Shown: one piece after another, positions 54,844-64,000 of the stretch
Numbering within the stretch: the first letter of the stretch is position 1
How the letters are laid out: the number at the start of each line of letters is the position of its first letter
Source of the DNA: Acidobacteriota bacterium
Lineage (GTDB): Bacteria; Acidobacteriota; UBA6911; RPQK01; JADFOI01
Direction of reading: 5' to 3'
NCBI GenBank assembly: GCA_963663035.1
Contig: OY760074.1
Span: forward strand, 1,184,001-1,248,000
Length of the DNA stretch: 64,000 nt
Made by a program: the position numbers and the translations under genes
Notes under the pieces: generated by a model
The model's input: the letters and a program-made list of their open reading frames with translations, nothing else
Database searches by the model: none
What the model was told of the DNA's origin: nothing

Positions 54844-56388
54844 TCATTCCCATTCAATGGTAGCGGGGGGCTTGGAGCTAATATCATAGACCACTCGGTT
54901 GATTCCTTGGACCTCGTTGACAATCCGGTTTGAGATCCGCCCTAAAAGCTCTTGAGGCAGGTGTACCCAGTCGGCTGTCATCCCGTCTACAGAATAAATG
55001 GCACGGATTGCGATGACCTTTTCGTAGGTTCTCTCATCCCCCATGACACCGACAGTCTTGATGGGAAGCAAGATGGCGAACGACTGCCAGATCTTAGCAT
55101 AGAGGTCTGCATCTTTTATTTCCTGTTCCAAGATCTTATCCGCCTCTCGCAGAGTGCTCAGACGAGCTTCGGTGACTTCTCCGATGATCCGTACAGCCAA
55201 TCCGGGTCCAGGAAAGGGCTGGCGCTGGATCAGGGCTTCAGGCAAACCCAACTCCTGACCCACACGTCGAACCTCATCCTTGAAGAGACCTTTCACAGGC
55301 TCCACCAGCGAGAGCTTCATTCGCTCGGGCAGTCCCCCCACATTGTGATGACTTTTAATGACGGCTGAGGGTCCCAACACCGAGACCGATTCAATGACAT
55401 CCGGATAGAGGGTGCCTTGAACAAGAAATTGAACATCGCCCAATTTTTTGGCCTCCCTCTCGAAAACACGGATGAATTGTTCCCCAATAATTTTTCGCTT
55501 TTGCTCGGGATCCTCGACGCCGGCCAGCTTCTTTACAAAGTCACGGCTGGCATCGACGCCCACTACATTCAGGGAGAGTTCTCCACGAAGAGTCCCCAGC
55601 ACTTCTTGAAACTCACCCTTACGAAGCAAACCATTGTCGACGAAAATCGAGGTGAGCCGATCCCCGATGGCCTGATGGACCAGAGTGGCAACGACGGTGG
55701 AATCCACTCCCCCTGATATTCCACAGATGGCTTTCCCCTGACCGATTTGAGCGGAGATCTCAGTGATTGCATTTTCCGCAAAGGAGGTCATCGTCCAGTC
55801 CCCGCGGCACTGGCAGATCTCAAAAAGAAAGTTTTTCAAGATTTCGTGACCGCTCGGTGTATGAACAACTTCCGGGTGAAATTGCAATCCGAAAATCTTT
55901 CGATCCTGATTGGACATGGCTGCCAGGCCACTCTTGCTGCGGGCAATCTCAGTGAAATCCGGTGGAACGGTCTCGATCCGGTCCCCGTGGCTCATCCACA
56001 CTTCCATTTCTTCAGGCAGACCTTGAAACAGAGGGCTTGGCTCGACCCGCTGAATATGGGCTCTTCCATATTCTCGGTTGTCTGAGGGGGCGACCTTTCC
56101 TCCAAAATGATGGGCCAGAAGCTGCATTCCGTAGCAAATGCCCAGCAGCGGACCTTTAAAATCGAAAAGACGGGCATCGGGATGAGGAGCGTCCTCTGCG
56201 AAAACCGACTGGGGTCCTCCTGAGAGTACAATTCCTTTGGGATCGAGGCTTTCGATTTCCTCCCAGGAGTTGTTAAAAGGGAGGACCTGGGAGTACACTC
56301 CAGCCTCTCGAATGGAGCGGGTAATCAGCCGCGTGTACTGGGAGCCAAAGTCGAGAATGAGAACATTTTCCCTAAGCATAGCACTCAA
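54844..56388 (-). CDS. guaA: GMP synthase (glutamine-hydrolysing)
   Basis: 'LDFGSQY', 'GICYGMQ', 'SGGVDS', '[11 protein letters not shown]', 'KPPATIEWE'. Confidence 0.98.
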   Translation of the reverse strand: MSAMLRENVLILDFGSQYTRLITRSIREAGVYSQVLPFNNSWEEIESLDPKGIVLSGGPQSVFAEDAPHPDARLFDFKGPLLGICYGMQLLAHHFGGKVAPSDNREYGRAHIQRVEPSPLFQGLPEEMEVWMSHGDRIETVPPDFTEIARSKSGLAAMSNQDRKIFGLQFHPEVVHTPSGHEILKNFLFEICQCRGDWTMTSFAENAITEISAQIGQGKAICGISGGVDSTVVATLVHQAIGDRLTSIFVDNGLLRKGEFQEVLGTLRGELSLNVVGVDASRDFVKKLAGVEDPEQKRKIIGEQFIRVFEREAKKLGDVQFLVQGTLYPDVIESVSVLGPSAVIKSHHNVGGLPERMKLSLVEPVKGLFKDEVRRVGQELGLPEALIQRQPFPGPGLAVRIIGEVTEARLSTLREADKILEQEIKDADLYAKIWQSFAILLPIKTVGVMGDERTYEKVIAIRAIYSVDGMTADWVHLPQELLGRISNRIVNEVQGINRVVYDISSKPPATIEWE

Positions 56389-56512
56389 CTGGGAGGTTCC
56401 AGGTCTCGGGTTTCAGCCTTTTGCATACCATTCTGGGACCTGGAATTTCGCATGGAAGTATAGCACGGCTATTTCTTGACTCCTCGCTTGTAAAACTCGA
56501 CCATTAGTACTT

Positions 56513-57334
56513 ATGAGTCCAATGCTCGTCAATGACTCAGTGCAGGCTCTTTTCCTTGGCATCCTTCAAGGTATCACCGAGTTTCTTCCCATCAGCAGCT
56601 CCGCTCACCTGATTCTGTTCCCCTGGTTTCTGGGTTGGGAGCCGATGGGACTGATCTTCGACGTGGTTCTTCACGGGGGAACAACGCTGGCTATGCTGAT
56701 CTATTTTCGCAAGGAATGGAAGGAGCTTAGTCAACAATTTATCAAGTATTTCACTAAGGCCTCAAGAGGGGAAGCGACCCTTCTGGGTGCTTTGATTTTG
56801 GGAACCATTCCAGCCGGTACGGTCGGTAGGCTAGCTTTAGAGTTCATTGAAAGCTCTCTGCGAGGACCGCTTGTCATTGGGATGACGCTCTGTGCTTTTG
56901 GACTCCTGTTGGGGTGGTCCGATAGGACCGCCCGCCAGACGCGCAGCCTCAGCAGTATCACCATGACAGAGGGTTTACTGATTGGCTTGGCCCAAGCTGT
57001 GGCTCTGGTTCCAGGGGTGAGCCGGGCGGGAGTGACCATTTCGGTGGCTCTGATATTGGGATTTTCCCGAACAGATTCCGCCCGCTTTTCCTTCTTGTTG
57101 GGAACGCCGCTCCTGATGGGAGCAACCTTCCACAGCCTTTTCATGCTGTGGCAGTCTCAGATTAACGGCTTGAGCACTGTTTTACCTCTCCTGTTTGGTG
57201 TAATATTTTCTTTTGTCAGTGCTTTCTTATGCATCAGATATCTTCTTCAATTTCTTCAAACCCATACCTACCGTCCCTTCGTCATCTATCGCTTGCTGCT
57301 TGCTGCCTTTGTTTTTGTCTGGCTGCTTCTTTGA
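56513..57334 (+). CDS. uppP: Undecaprenyl-diphosphate phosphatase
   Basis: 'QGITEFLPISSSAH', 'PGVSRAG', 'ARFSFLL'. Confidence 0.95.
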   Translation: MSPMLVNDSVQALFLGILQGITEFLPISSSAHLILFPWFLGWEPMGLIFDVVLHGGTTLAMLIYFRKEWKELSQQFIKYFTKASRGEATLLGALILGTIPAGTVGRLALEFIESSLRGPLVIGMTLCAFGLLLGWSDRTARQTRSLSSITMTEGLLIGLAQAVALVPGVSRAGVTISVALILGFSRTDSARFSFLLGTPLLMGATFHSLFMLWQSQINGLSTVLPLLFGVIFSFVSAFLCIRYLLQFLQTHTYRPFVIYRLLLAAFVFVWLLL

Positions 57335-57948
57335 GCGAGAGTCTCGGTGGGCAGGATGCAACGGAGGAAGATGAGCTCCTTCCAGTTCGGCACAATCCGA
57401 TTCTCAGAGAATTCTTTCGAAGACAGTTCTCTGGCATGCGATCATCTGGCAGCACCCGTTACCCAGGGAGTGACCGCTTCAACGATGCCCTGATTGATCG
57501 TCAGATCGACCATTATGTAAAGGAACTGCGTGAAAAACTGACTCTCTTAAAAACCCATTTTGGGGAGGTTGAGCGAGAACGGGAAGCCATCCGCCAGGCT
57601 ATTTCTACTGCGGAGCGTCGACAGGCCAGAGTCGACCGCAAGAGAGCTCTTGGTGGAGTTCAGGAGCAGGCCGGAGATCTTTGGAATATGCTCCGCTACA
57701 TCTTTGTTGCCCTGGAAGACAAAGGAGATTTCAAGCCTCTCATCGAGACCACCGACACCGGCTCACTGTTTGATAAGGAAATCCAGTTTATAGGTGAGCA
57801 GATTGAAGTAGCAGAGAAGAGAATTACCCAATACTTCTTCGAGGCAGACAGCACCATCAGTCTGGAAGATCTCCAAGGGGAAAACATGCTGATCCATCTG
57901 TACCGGGTTCGGGAGATGGCCAAGAGGTTGAGGGAGCGGGGAGGATGA
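57229..57948 (+). CDS. Hypothetical helical protein (start uncertain, probably downstream of 57229)
   Basis: Long ORF following uppP with coiled-coil-like composition. Confidence 0.55.
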   Translation: MHQISSSISSNPYLPSLRHLSLAACCLCFCLAASLSESLGGQDATEEDELLPVRHNPILREFFRRQFSGMRSSGSTRYPGSDRFNDALIDRQIDHYVKELREKLTLLKTHFGEVEREREAIRQAISTAERRQARVDRKRALGGVQEQAGDLWNMLRYIFVALEDKGDFKPLIETTDTGSLFDKEIQFIGEQIEVAEKRITQYFFEADSTISLEDLQGENMLIHLYRVREMAKRLRERGG

Positions 57949-57970
57949 ACCGCCACTCAAGCCGTCAGTT

Positions 57971-58537
57971 CTACGTCGGGTCCGAGTCGCTTGCGCGTCG
58001 AAACAGTAAAGCCGATCCGACAAGCAACATGACGAAGAACGCATTCAGAATGAACACACCGACCACACCTGCCGTACCCCAGGAGGTAACTTGGGGTTGC
58101 CATATAATCAGCGCGATCACGGGAACCAACATCTGAGCAAACGCCGTCGCAAACAATGCGCGCGCCATTCCATGTGGCTGGAAGCGCGCGATGAGGGCAC
58201 CGATGACTCCGACGGCGAGCACCCCGAAATACATCAAGTTGGCGGGGTTTCCCTCGTTTCCGATAATGCCAACGGCACCGTTCACCCAGACAAGGAGGAA
58301 CGCCGCCGCAAGCGCAACGCCGACGGCGACTCGGTACACGATTGCGCCCTCCTTCCTCGCTACCAGCTCATACGCGAGACCAGTGCCCAATAGGAGGACG
58401 CCGGCGACAGTGAAATCAGCCAGATCCCAGACCACTTCATCGGTGAACTGCATCGCTAACAAGGGCAGCAGCAATATGAACGCTGTCGCGAGCGCAATGC
58501 GGATAATGCTTTTGTTTTGCAGAATGATAACTGTCAT
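57971..58537 (-). CDS. Hypothetical membrane protein
   Basis: ~6 TM segments; 'AMQFTDEVVW', 'WVNGAVGIIGNEGNPANLMY'. Confidence 0.75.
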   Translation of the reverse strand: MTVIILQNKSIIRIALATAFILLLPLLAMQFTDEVVWDLADFTVAGVLLLGTGLAYELVARKEGAIVYRVAVGVALAAAFLLVWVNGAVGIIGNEGNPANLMYFGVLAVGVIGALIARFQPHGMARALFATAFAQMLVPVIALIIWQPQVTSWGTAGVVGVFILNAFFVMLLVGSALLFRRASDSDPT

Positions 58538-58607
58538 GTTCTCTCTAATAATTCCTGCGGAAGTTTCGACGAACATCCAGAGAGCGAAGCCGAATAATCC
58601 TTTTTCT

Positions 58608-59405
58608 GGTACTGTCAAGTTAACGGGACCAAGCCGATATCTTTCCCAAAACGACAGAAGTCCCGCAATCTCTCAACAGACGCACGTCACCTCTCTCCAA
58701 TCTGAAAAAGCTCGGTCCCGGAGGAGTCGATGGTGAACTGCTTTGAGGTAGTGCCGACCGACTCGAAACAAGTTCTGGATGGGACCGTGAACTGAGAGAA
58801 AACGCTGAGTCTGTGCCATTGATTTGAACCTTCGCATTTGCCGCTCTTGTTCACGAGTGTGCTGATGGGAGACTTCTGCCCGATTGTTTTCGTATTGTCC
58901 CGTTCGATGGACCACGGAAGGGAAGATGTCCCTATGTGCAGCCGGATAACTCCGAAGCTTGTCGGTGATCAATTGCCAGGGTACTTGTCCCTGATGTTTC
59001 AAGGCCCTGCGAAAGAAGCGTTTAGCGGCTCGACGATCTCTACGCTTGGTAACCAGAATCTCGATCACGTCTCCATCCTGATCGACGGCTCGCCATAGAT
59101 ATCGGCGTTGACCTTGGATGGTGATGAAGAGTTCATCGACGTGCCAGATATCGCCCAACTTGCCTTGTTTCCTTCTTAGTTTTCGGGCGTAGCTGGGTCC
59201 AAACTTCTGACACCAGTATCGGATCGCTTCGTAGGAGACAAGAATGCCTCGCTCCGCAAGCAAGTCTTCTACATCGCGAAAGCTCAGGGTGAAGCGATGG
59301 TATAGCCAGACAGTGTGACTGATGATTTCAGGTGGAAAGCGATGCCCTCGATAAAGTGATTTCATCCGTCAATTGTGCCTGACTCCGCCTTAACTTGACA
59401 AAGCC
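58608..59405 (-). mobile_element. IS6-family element, copy A (798 bp; transposase 58673..59365)
   Basis: TIR ggtactgtcaagttaa / ggctttgtcaagttaa; 'WHVDE', 'YLWRAVD', 'TDK', 'NNRAE'. Confidence 0.95.
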
Positions 59406-59623
59406 CGATTCGTGTCTCAGTCTCGGGAAGCGGTGGAGCCTCGACGTCGACACGAAGGATTTCTTTGAACCAAAGGTCCTCGCTCACACACTGGTGGACC
59501 ATTTGTTCATGTACGCTCCGACCCCGAGCGTCCTCGGGGTGGGGACGGACAGGGAGTTCCTCCTCCTTGAACATACTCCATACGCTCTGTTTCGTACGTA
59601 TCGACGATAAATTGATAGGTCAT
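59406..59623 (-). pseudogene. DinB-like gene 5' fragment truncated by IS6
   Basis: MTYQFIVDTYETER / VWSMFKEEELPVRPH..RSVHEQMVHQCVSEDLWF; family assignment from recall. Confidence 0.55.
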
Positions 59624-59752
59624 AACTGCCTCCAAATCAACGATAACCAGCTCAAGCTCTTAGTCGTAACCTCCCCTCAGCCGCCTCTAGTGAGTTTCAG
59701 GGCGGTGTGGGTTATTCGGCTGATGGGACTAGGGTTGTCAAGAACTGACGCA

Positions 59753-61132
59753 GAGGTTCCGTCAATAAGTGTGTAAATAGACATCAGGCGGCTTTCTCCT
59801 GGGTGACTGGGTTGACTGGAACTCCATTGACATATTGGGCTCCTTGGTAGACATCCTTCATCAAGTGGGGAGCCTTCAAACGGCGAAATCTCTTCTCAGC
59901 GACCAGCAGCATCTTCCAGATGACAGCCCGTGCGTTGGCCACTTTCTTGAACCTTCGAGCAGCATCGGTTCGCAGTCGCAGAGCAGAGAAGGGAGACTCC
60001 ACTGGGTTGGTAGTCCGCAGATGTTGCCACTGCTGTTTGGGATAGTTGTAAAACGTCACCATCCGCTCCCAGTCCTGGTCGATCAGATCAGCCGCTGCCT
60101 CCAGGCCTCTCTTGCTACACCAATGTTGGAATCGTCCTTTGACTCGCTCGGCTTCCTGCCGTGTTTCTGCATAAGGGATCTGCCGCAACATCAACAAGGC
60201 CGCTTTGTGCCGACTCTTGGGGATCTTGGCCAGCAAGTTGACGATGCGATGATTCCAGCATCTCTGCTCGTCGGCTTCTGGGAACACGTTGCGCAACGCT
60301 CCCCAGATCCCCAGATGCCCGTCAGCGATCACCAGACGGGGTGGGTTCATCCCCCGCTCTTTGAGATCCCGCAGCACTTCGGACCAGCTCTGGGTCGATT
60401 CTCGATAACCACTACTGACGGACACCACCACTTTAGTGCCATCACTTAAAGCGGCGATCACTACCAGAATCACGGCCTTCTCCTTCTCCAGCCCTGCTTT
60501 GATGTACACGCCGTCCGCCCACAAATACACCACTTCCAGATCATCCAGCCGACGGCTCTGCCAGGCCTCCATTTCTCCCTGCCACTTCTGTTTCAACCGG
60601 GCTACGGTGCTGGGGGACAGCGGCGCTTCTTCCCCTAAAAGCCCTCTCAAGGCCAGATCGAAATCCCCCTCGGCCAGACCATGTAAATAGAGTTCTGGAA
60701 TCAAGTCTCGTACCTCTCGCGTTCGCTTGGCAAACAGCGGCAAGACCCGGCTCTCAAAACGCTCTTCCAGATCCCGCACTCGGGGACGCCGCAGCTTGAT
60801 CGTTCCGCAACTCATCGTCAGTCGCCGCTCCTTGCCGTAGCCGTTGCGATAGCCACCGGAGGCGTCCACTTCTCGGCGACGCTCATTCTTTCTTCGTCCC
60901 AGCAGCTGTGTCACTTCATCCTCCAGCAGTTCCTGTACGTAAAACTGGATCTGCTCTCGCACCCACTCTTCCAGCTGTTCAAAGCAGACTCTTGACTCCA
61001 CACTGTGATCAATGTTCTTCTTGCTCATGGCGGTGTGACTCCTTCCTTTCGGGCTCTTCCGCCCGGGTTTTTATTTTCACCCGGAAGGATAATCACCGCC
61101 TGTGCTATTTACACACCTTTTGAGGGTAGCTC
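59753..61132 (-). mobile_element. IS256-family element (transposase 59784..61028), 9-bp target duplication ACTGACGCA
   Basis: TSD at 59744-52 and 61133-41; imperfect TIR; 'YRNGY', 'WADG', 'IADG', 'QRCWNH', 'RTTNPVES'. Confidence 0.95.
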
Positions 61133-62084
61133 ACTGACGCATCCGATTGGCAATCACGTCCCCGTCTTCTTCAAGAGCAAAATGCCCTGTATCGAGCAAG
61201 TGGAACTCGATATTGTTCAAATCCCGCTTATAGGGTTCGGCTCCCTCCGCCGGGAAGATAAAATCGTTCTTTCCCCACACGATCAACGTAGGAGGTTGAT
61301 ATTCGCGGAAATAGGCCTGCCATGCCGGGTAGAGAGGAACATTGGTCCGATAGTCATAAAACATGGCTAATTGAATGTCATTATTTTCAGGCCGACTCAA
61401 ATGCTGCAGATCAACATGCCAATTATCCGGACTGATCTTCTCAACATCCCGCACTCCATTCGTGTATTGCCATTTCAATCCGTCTAGAGAATGAAAGCCC
61501 TCCAAGGCTTTACCATTTTCGACGGTCTTGTCATTCCAGTACTTCTTGAGGGGATCCCAAAACTCTCTGAGGCCTTCTTCATAAGCATTGCCATTTTGCA
61601 CGATCAATGCCTCTACCCTTTCCGGGTATTTCGCTACGATTCTATATCCAATGGGGGCACCGTAATCCATGAGGTAGATGCTGAACCTTTCGACATTGAG
61701 CGCCTCAAGAAAGCCTTCAATGATATTAGCCATGTTATCGAACGTATAATCGAATTCAGCCATGGGAGGCTGTTCACTTCTTCCATAACCGGGATAGTCA
61801 GGCGCCAAAAGGTGGTACTTATCGGACAGATCCCGGATTAAATTGCGAAACATGTGGGATGACGTAGGGTATCCGTGGAGCAAGAGAATCGTGGGTGCGT
61901 TTGCGGGTCCGGCCTCGCGATAAAAGATGTCGAGTCCCTCCACTTCGATGGTTCTGTGAAAGGTCGGATTTGGGGTTGGCTGCTCAGCAACTGTTTCTGA
62001 GACTTGTGGCCCAGCGCATCCTGCCATGAAAGCGCCCGTGACAGCGACGCTCACAATAGCAGTGATTTTGATGGAACTTAACAT
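61131..62084 (-). CDS. Alpha/beta hydrolase with lipoprotein-like leader; last 10 aa cut off by IS256
   Basis: '[13 protein letters not shown]', 'MDYGAP', 'GHFALE'; displaced tail FLTTLVPSAE* at 59744-59712. Confidence 0.9.
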   Translation of the reverse strand: MLSSIKITAIVSVAVTGAFMAGCAGPQVSETVAEQPTPNPTFHRTIEVEGLDIFYREAGPANAPTILLLHGYPTSSHMFRNLIRDLSDKYHLLAPDYPGYGRSEQPPMAEFDYTFDNMANIIEGFLEALNVERFSIYLMDYGAPIGYRIVAKYPERVEALIVQNGNAYEEGLREFWDPLKKYWNDKTVENGKALEGFHSLDGLKWQYTNGVRDVEKISPDNWHVDLQHLSRPENNDIQLAMFYDYRTNVPLYPAWQAYFREYQPPTLIVWGKNDFIFPAEGAEPYKRDLNNIEFHLLDTGHFALEEDGDVIANRMRQ

Positions 62085-62335
62085 GGTTGGTCCTCCTTTT
62101 TAGTCGAAAAAGTAAGAGTGCCCTAAAGGCTTTGTGAATGACTCCTTTTCTGTACTGCGATGAGGTAATGCGTGAGGTAGGGGCAGTGATCGCGGCTGTA
62201 GATCAGCTGGTCAATCAGCCACTTCGCCTTCCTAAGCCATTCGTCGGTCCACCCGGCTCGCTCACCGTGACACAGCACTTCGTCTTCCCACATGATCAGT
62301 CCCTCGGGAAGTTCGCATCACTCTACCACATCGAC

Positions 62336-63133
62336 GGCTTTGTCAAGTTAAGGCAGAGTCAGGCACAATTGACGGATGAAATCACTTTATCGAGGGCATC
62401 GCTTTCCACCTGAAATCATCAGTCACACTGTCTGGCTATACCATCGCTTCACCCTGAGCTTTCGCGATGTAGAAGACTTGCTTGCGGAGCGAGGCATTCT
62501 TGTCTCCTACGAAGCGATCCGATACTGGTGTCAGAAGTTTGGACCCAGCTACGCCCGAAAACTAAGAAGGAAACAAGGCAAGTTGGGCGATATCTGGCAC
62601 GTCGATGAACTCTTCATCACCATCCAAGGTCAACGCCGATATCTATGGCGAGCCGTCGATCAGGATGGAGACGTGATCGAGATTCTGGTTACCAAGCGTA
62701 GAGATCGTCGAGCCGCTAAACGCTTCTTTCGCAGGGCCTTGAAACATCAGGGACAAGTACCCTGGCAATTGATCACCGACAAGCTTCGGAGTTATCCGGC
62801 TGCACATAGGGACATCTTCCCTTCCGTGGTCCATCGAACGGGACAATACGAAAACAATCGGGCAGAAGTCTCCCATCAGCACACTCGTGAACAAGAGCGG
62901 CAAATGCGAAGGTTCAAATCAATGGCACAGACTCAGCGTTTTCTCTCAGTTCACGGTCCCATCCAGAACTTGTTTCGAGTCGGTCGGCACTACCTCAAAG
63001 CAGTTCACCATCGACTCCTCCGGGACCGAGCTTTTTCAGATTGGAGAGAGGTGACGTGCGTCTGTTGAGAGATTGCGGGACTTCTGTCGTTTTGGGAAAG
63101 ATATCGGCTTGGTCCCGTTAACTTGACAGTACC
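62336..63133 (+). mobile_element. IS6-family element, copy B (transposase 62376..63068), inverted relative to copy A
   Basis: Identical protein; same TIRs. Confidence 0.95.
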
Positions 63134-63404
63134 CTTCGATGAGTTGGAGAACCAGGGCCTTGGTCTGGCCTGCGTCTTCAATCCCGTAAATCTGCCCAAT
63201 GTTGGGATGATCCAGGGAGGCCAGGACCTCCGCTTCCCGCTGAAACCAGCCCATCCTCTGAGAATCAGACGCAAACTGCTCGGGTAGGATCTTCAGCGCC
63301 ACGTCCCGGTTGAGCTTGGTATCGGTGGCACGGTAGACCTCACCCATACCGCCTTCACCGACTTTCTCAAGAACTTTGTAATGGCTGATGGTCTTGCCGA
63401 GCAC
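63134..63404 (-). pseudogene. Ser/Thr kinase 5' portion truncated by IS6
   Basis: MLGKTISHYKVLEKVGEGGMGEVYRATDTKLNRDVALK...LDHPNI...LIEG then IS end. Confidence 0.9.
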
Positions 63405-63533
63405 AGCTTCCCCTCACTGCAATGCAGTTGTACCTAATACTAAGTCTTGAGGTGTCCTGAAAGCAATCAAAATTGCCCTCTATTTTGGTTGGAGTTATCA
63501 TTGACCTTGATGCCGGGCGCAACTCTATTTCTC

Positions 63534-64000
63534 ATGGGATGTTCCCTCGGTGCTGTTGGTAGCCTCCTCTGGCTGCTTTGGCGCAGGGTAGGCTTGCTCG
63601 GTAAGACCACAACTGTGTTCTTGCTCCTCTGCTCGCCTATCTGCGCCCAGGGACAATCGATCACGGTGACATTGCTGGGGACGGGCTCGCCCGTGCCCAA
63701 CTTGGAACGTTTCGGACCCAGCATACTGGTTCAGGCGGGCTCCCAGGTCCTGTTGATCGACTGCGGACGGGGTGCTGTACAGCGGCTCTTCCAGCTGGGG
63801 ATGCTTAAAGAGGTGAACTCCCTGTTCCTGACGCACTTGCATGCCGATCACGCGGTAGGGATTCCGGATTTATGGCAGGCTGGTTGGCTCATCGGACGGC
63901 GCGATGTGCCCCTTCAGATCTGGGGCCCCAAGGGAACGGCCGATATGATCTCGCACCTCGAGAAAGCCTACCAGTTCGACATTGGCATCCGCTTGCAGTA
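63534..64000 (+). CDS. MBL-fold metallo-hydrolase (RNase Z/AtsA-like), runs off the window
   Basis: Manual translation: 'VTLLGTGSP', 'LIDCGRG', 'LFLTHLHADH'. Confidence 0.85.
   Translation, partial: MGCSLGAVGSLLWLLWRRVGLLGKTTTVFLLLCSPICAQGQSITVTLLGTGSPVPNLERFGPSILVQAGSQVLLIDCGRGAVQRLFQLGMLKEVNSLFLTHLHADHAVGIPDLWQAGWLIGRRDVPLQIWGPKGTADMISHLEKAYQFDIGIRLQ

Overview
A 64-kb bacterial chromosome segment; the 16S signature and gene content suggest Acidobacteriota (inference). The right half is mostly core genome: typA, nadE, a 16S-23S-5S rRNA cluster, mutL, aspS, hisS, accA, dnaE, guaA and uppP. It ends in an IS6/IS256 nest. The left half holds a secreted caspase-PEGA/TPR/DUF4384 operon and a Mo-oxidoreductase. 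It also holds a ~17-kb accessory tract downstream of tRNA-Arg(ACG). This tract is built from three repeated modules, each a tRNA-Arg 3'-end relic followed by a conserved sigma70-like promoter and a Ser/Thr-kinase 5' end. Short kinase 3'-end copies bound cargo genes in the same tract. One kinase 3'-end copy is occupied by an IS1111-type IS110 element. Its downstream non-coding region folds into a bridge-RNA-like structure whose guides match the kinase C-terminal 'DLLRR' codons and the element's own circle junction. Other notable items are a perfect-consensus promoter inside the 16S-23S spacer, two MITE-like elements sitting on stop codons, and several single-base frameshifts that may be assembly errors. 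All calls come from manual reading; no database searches were run.
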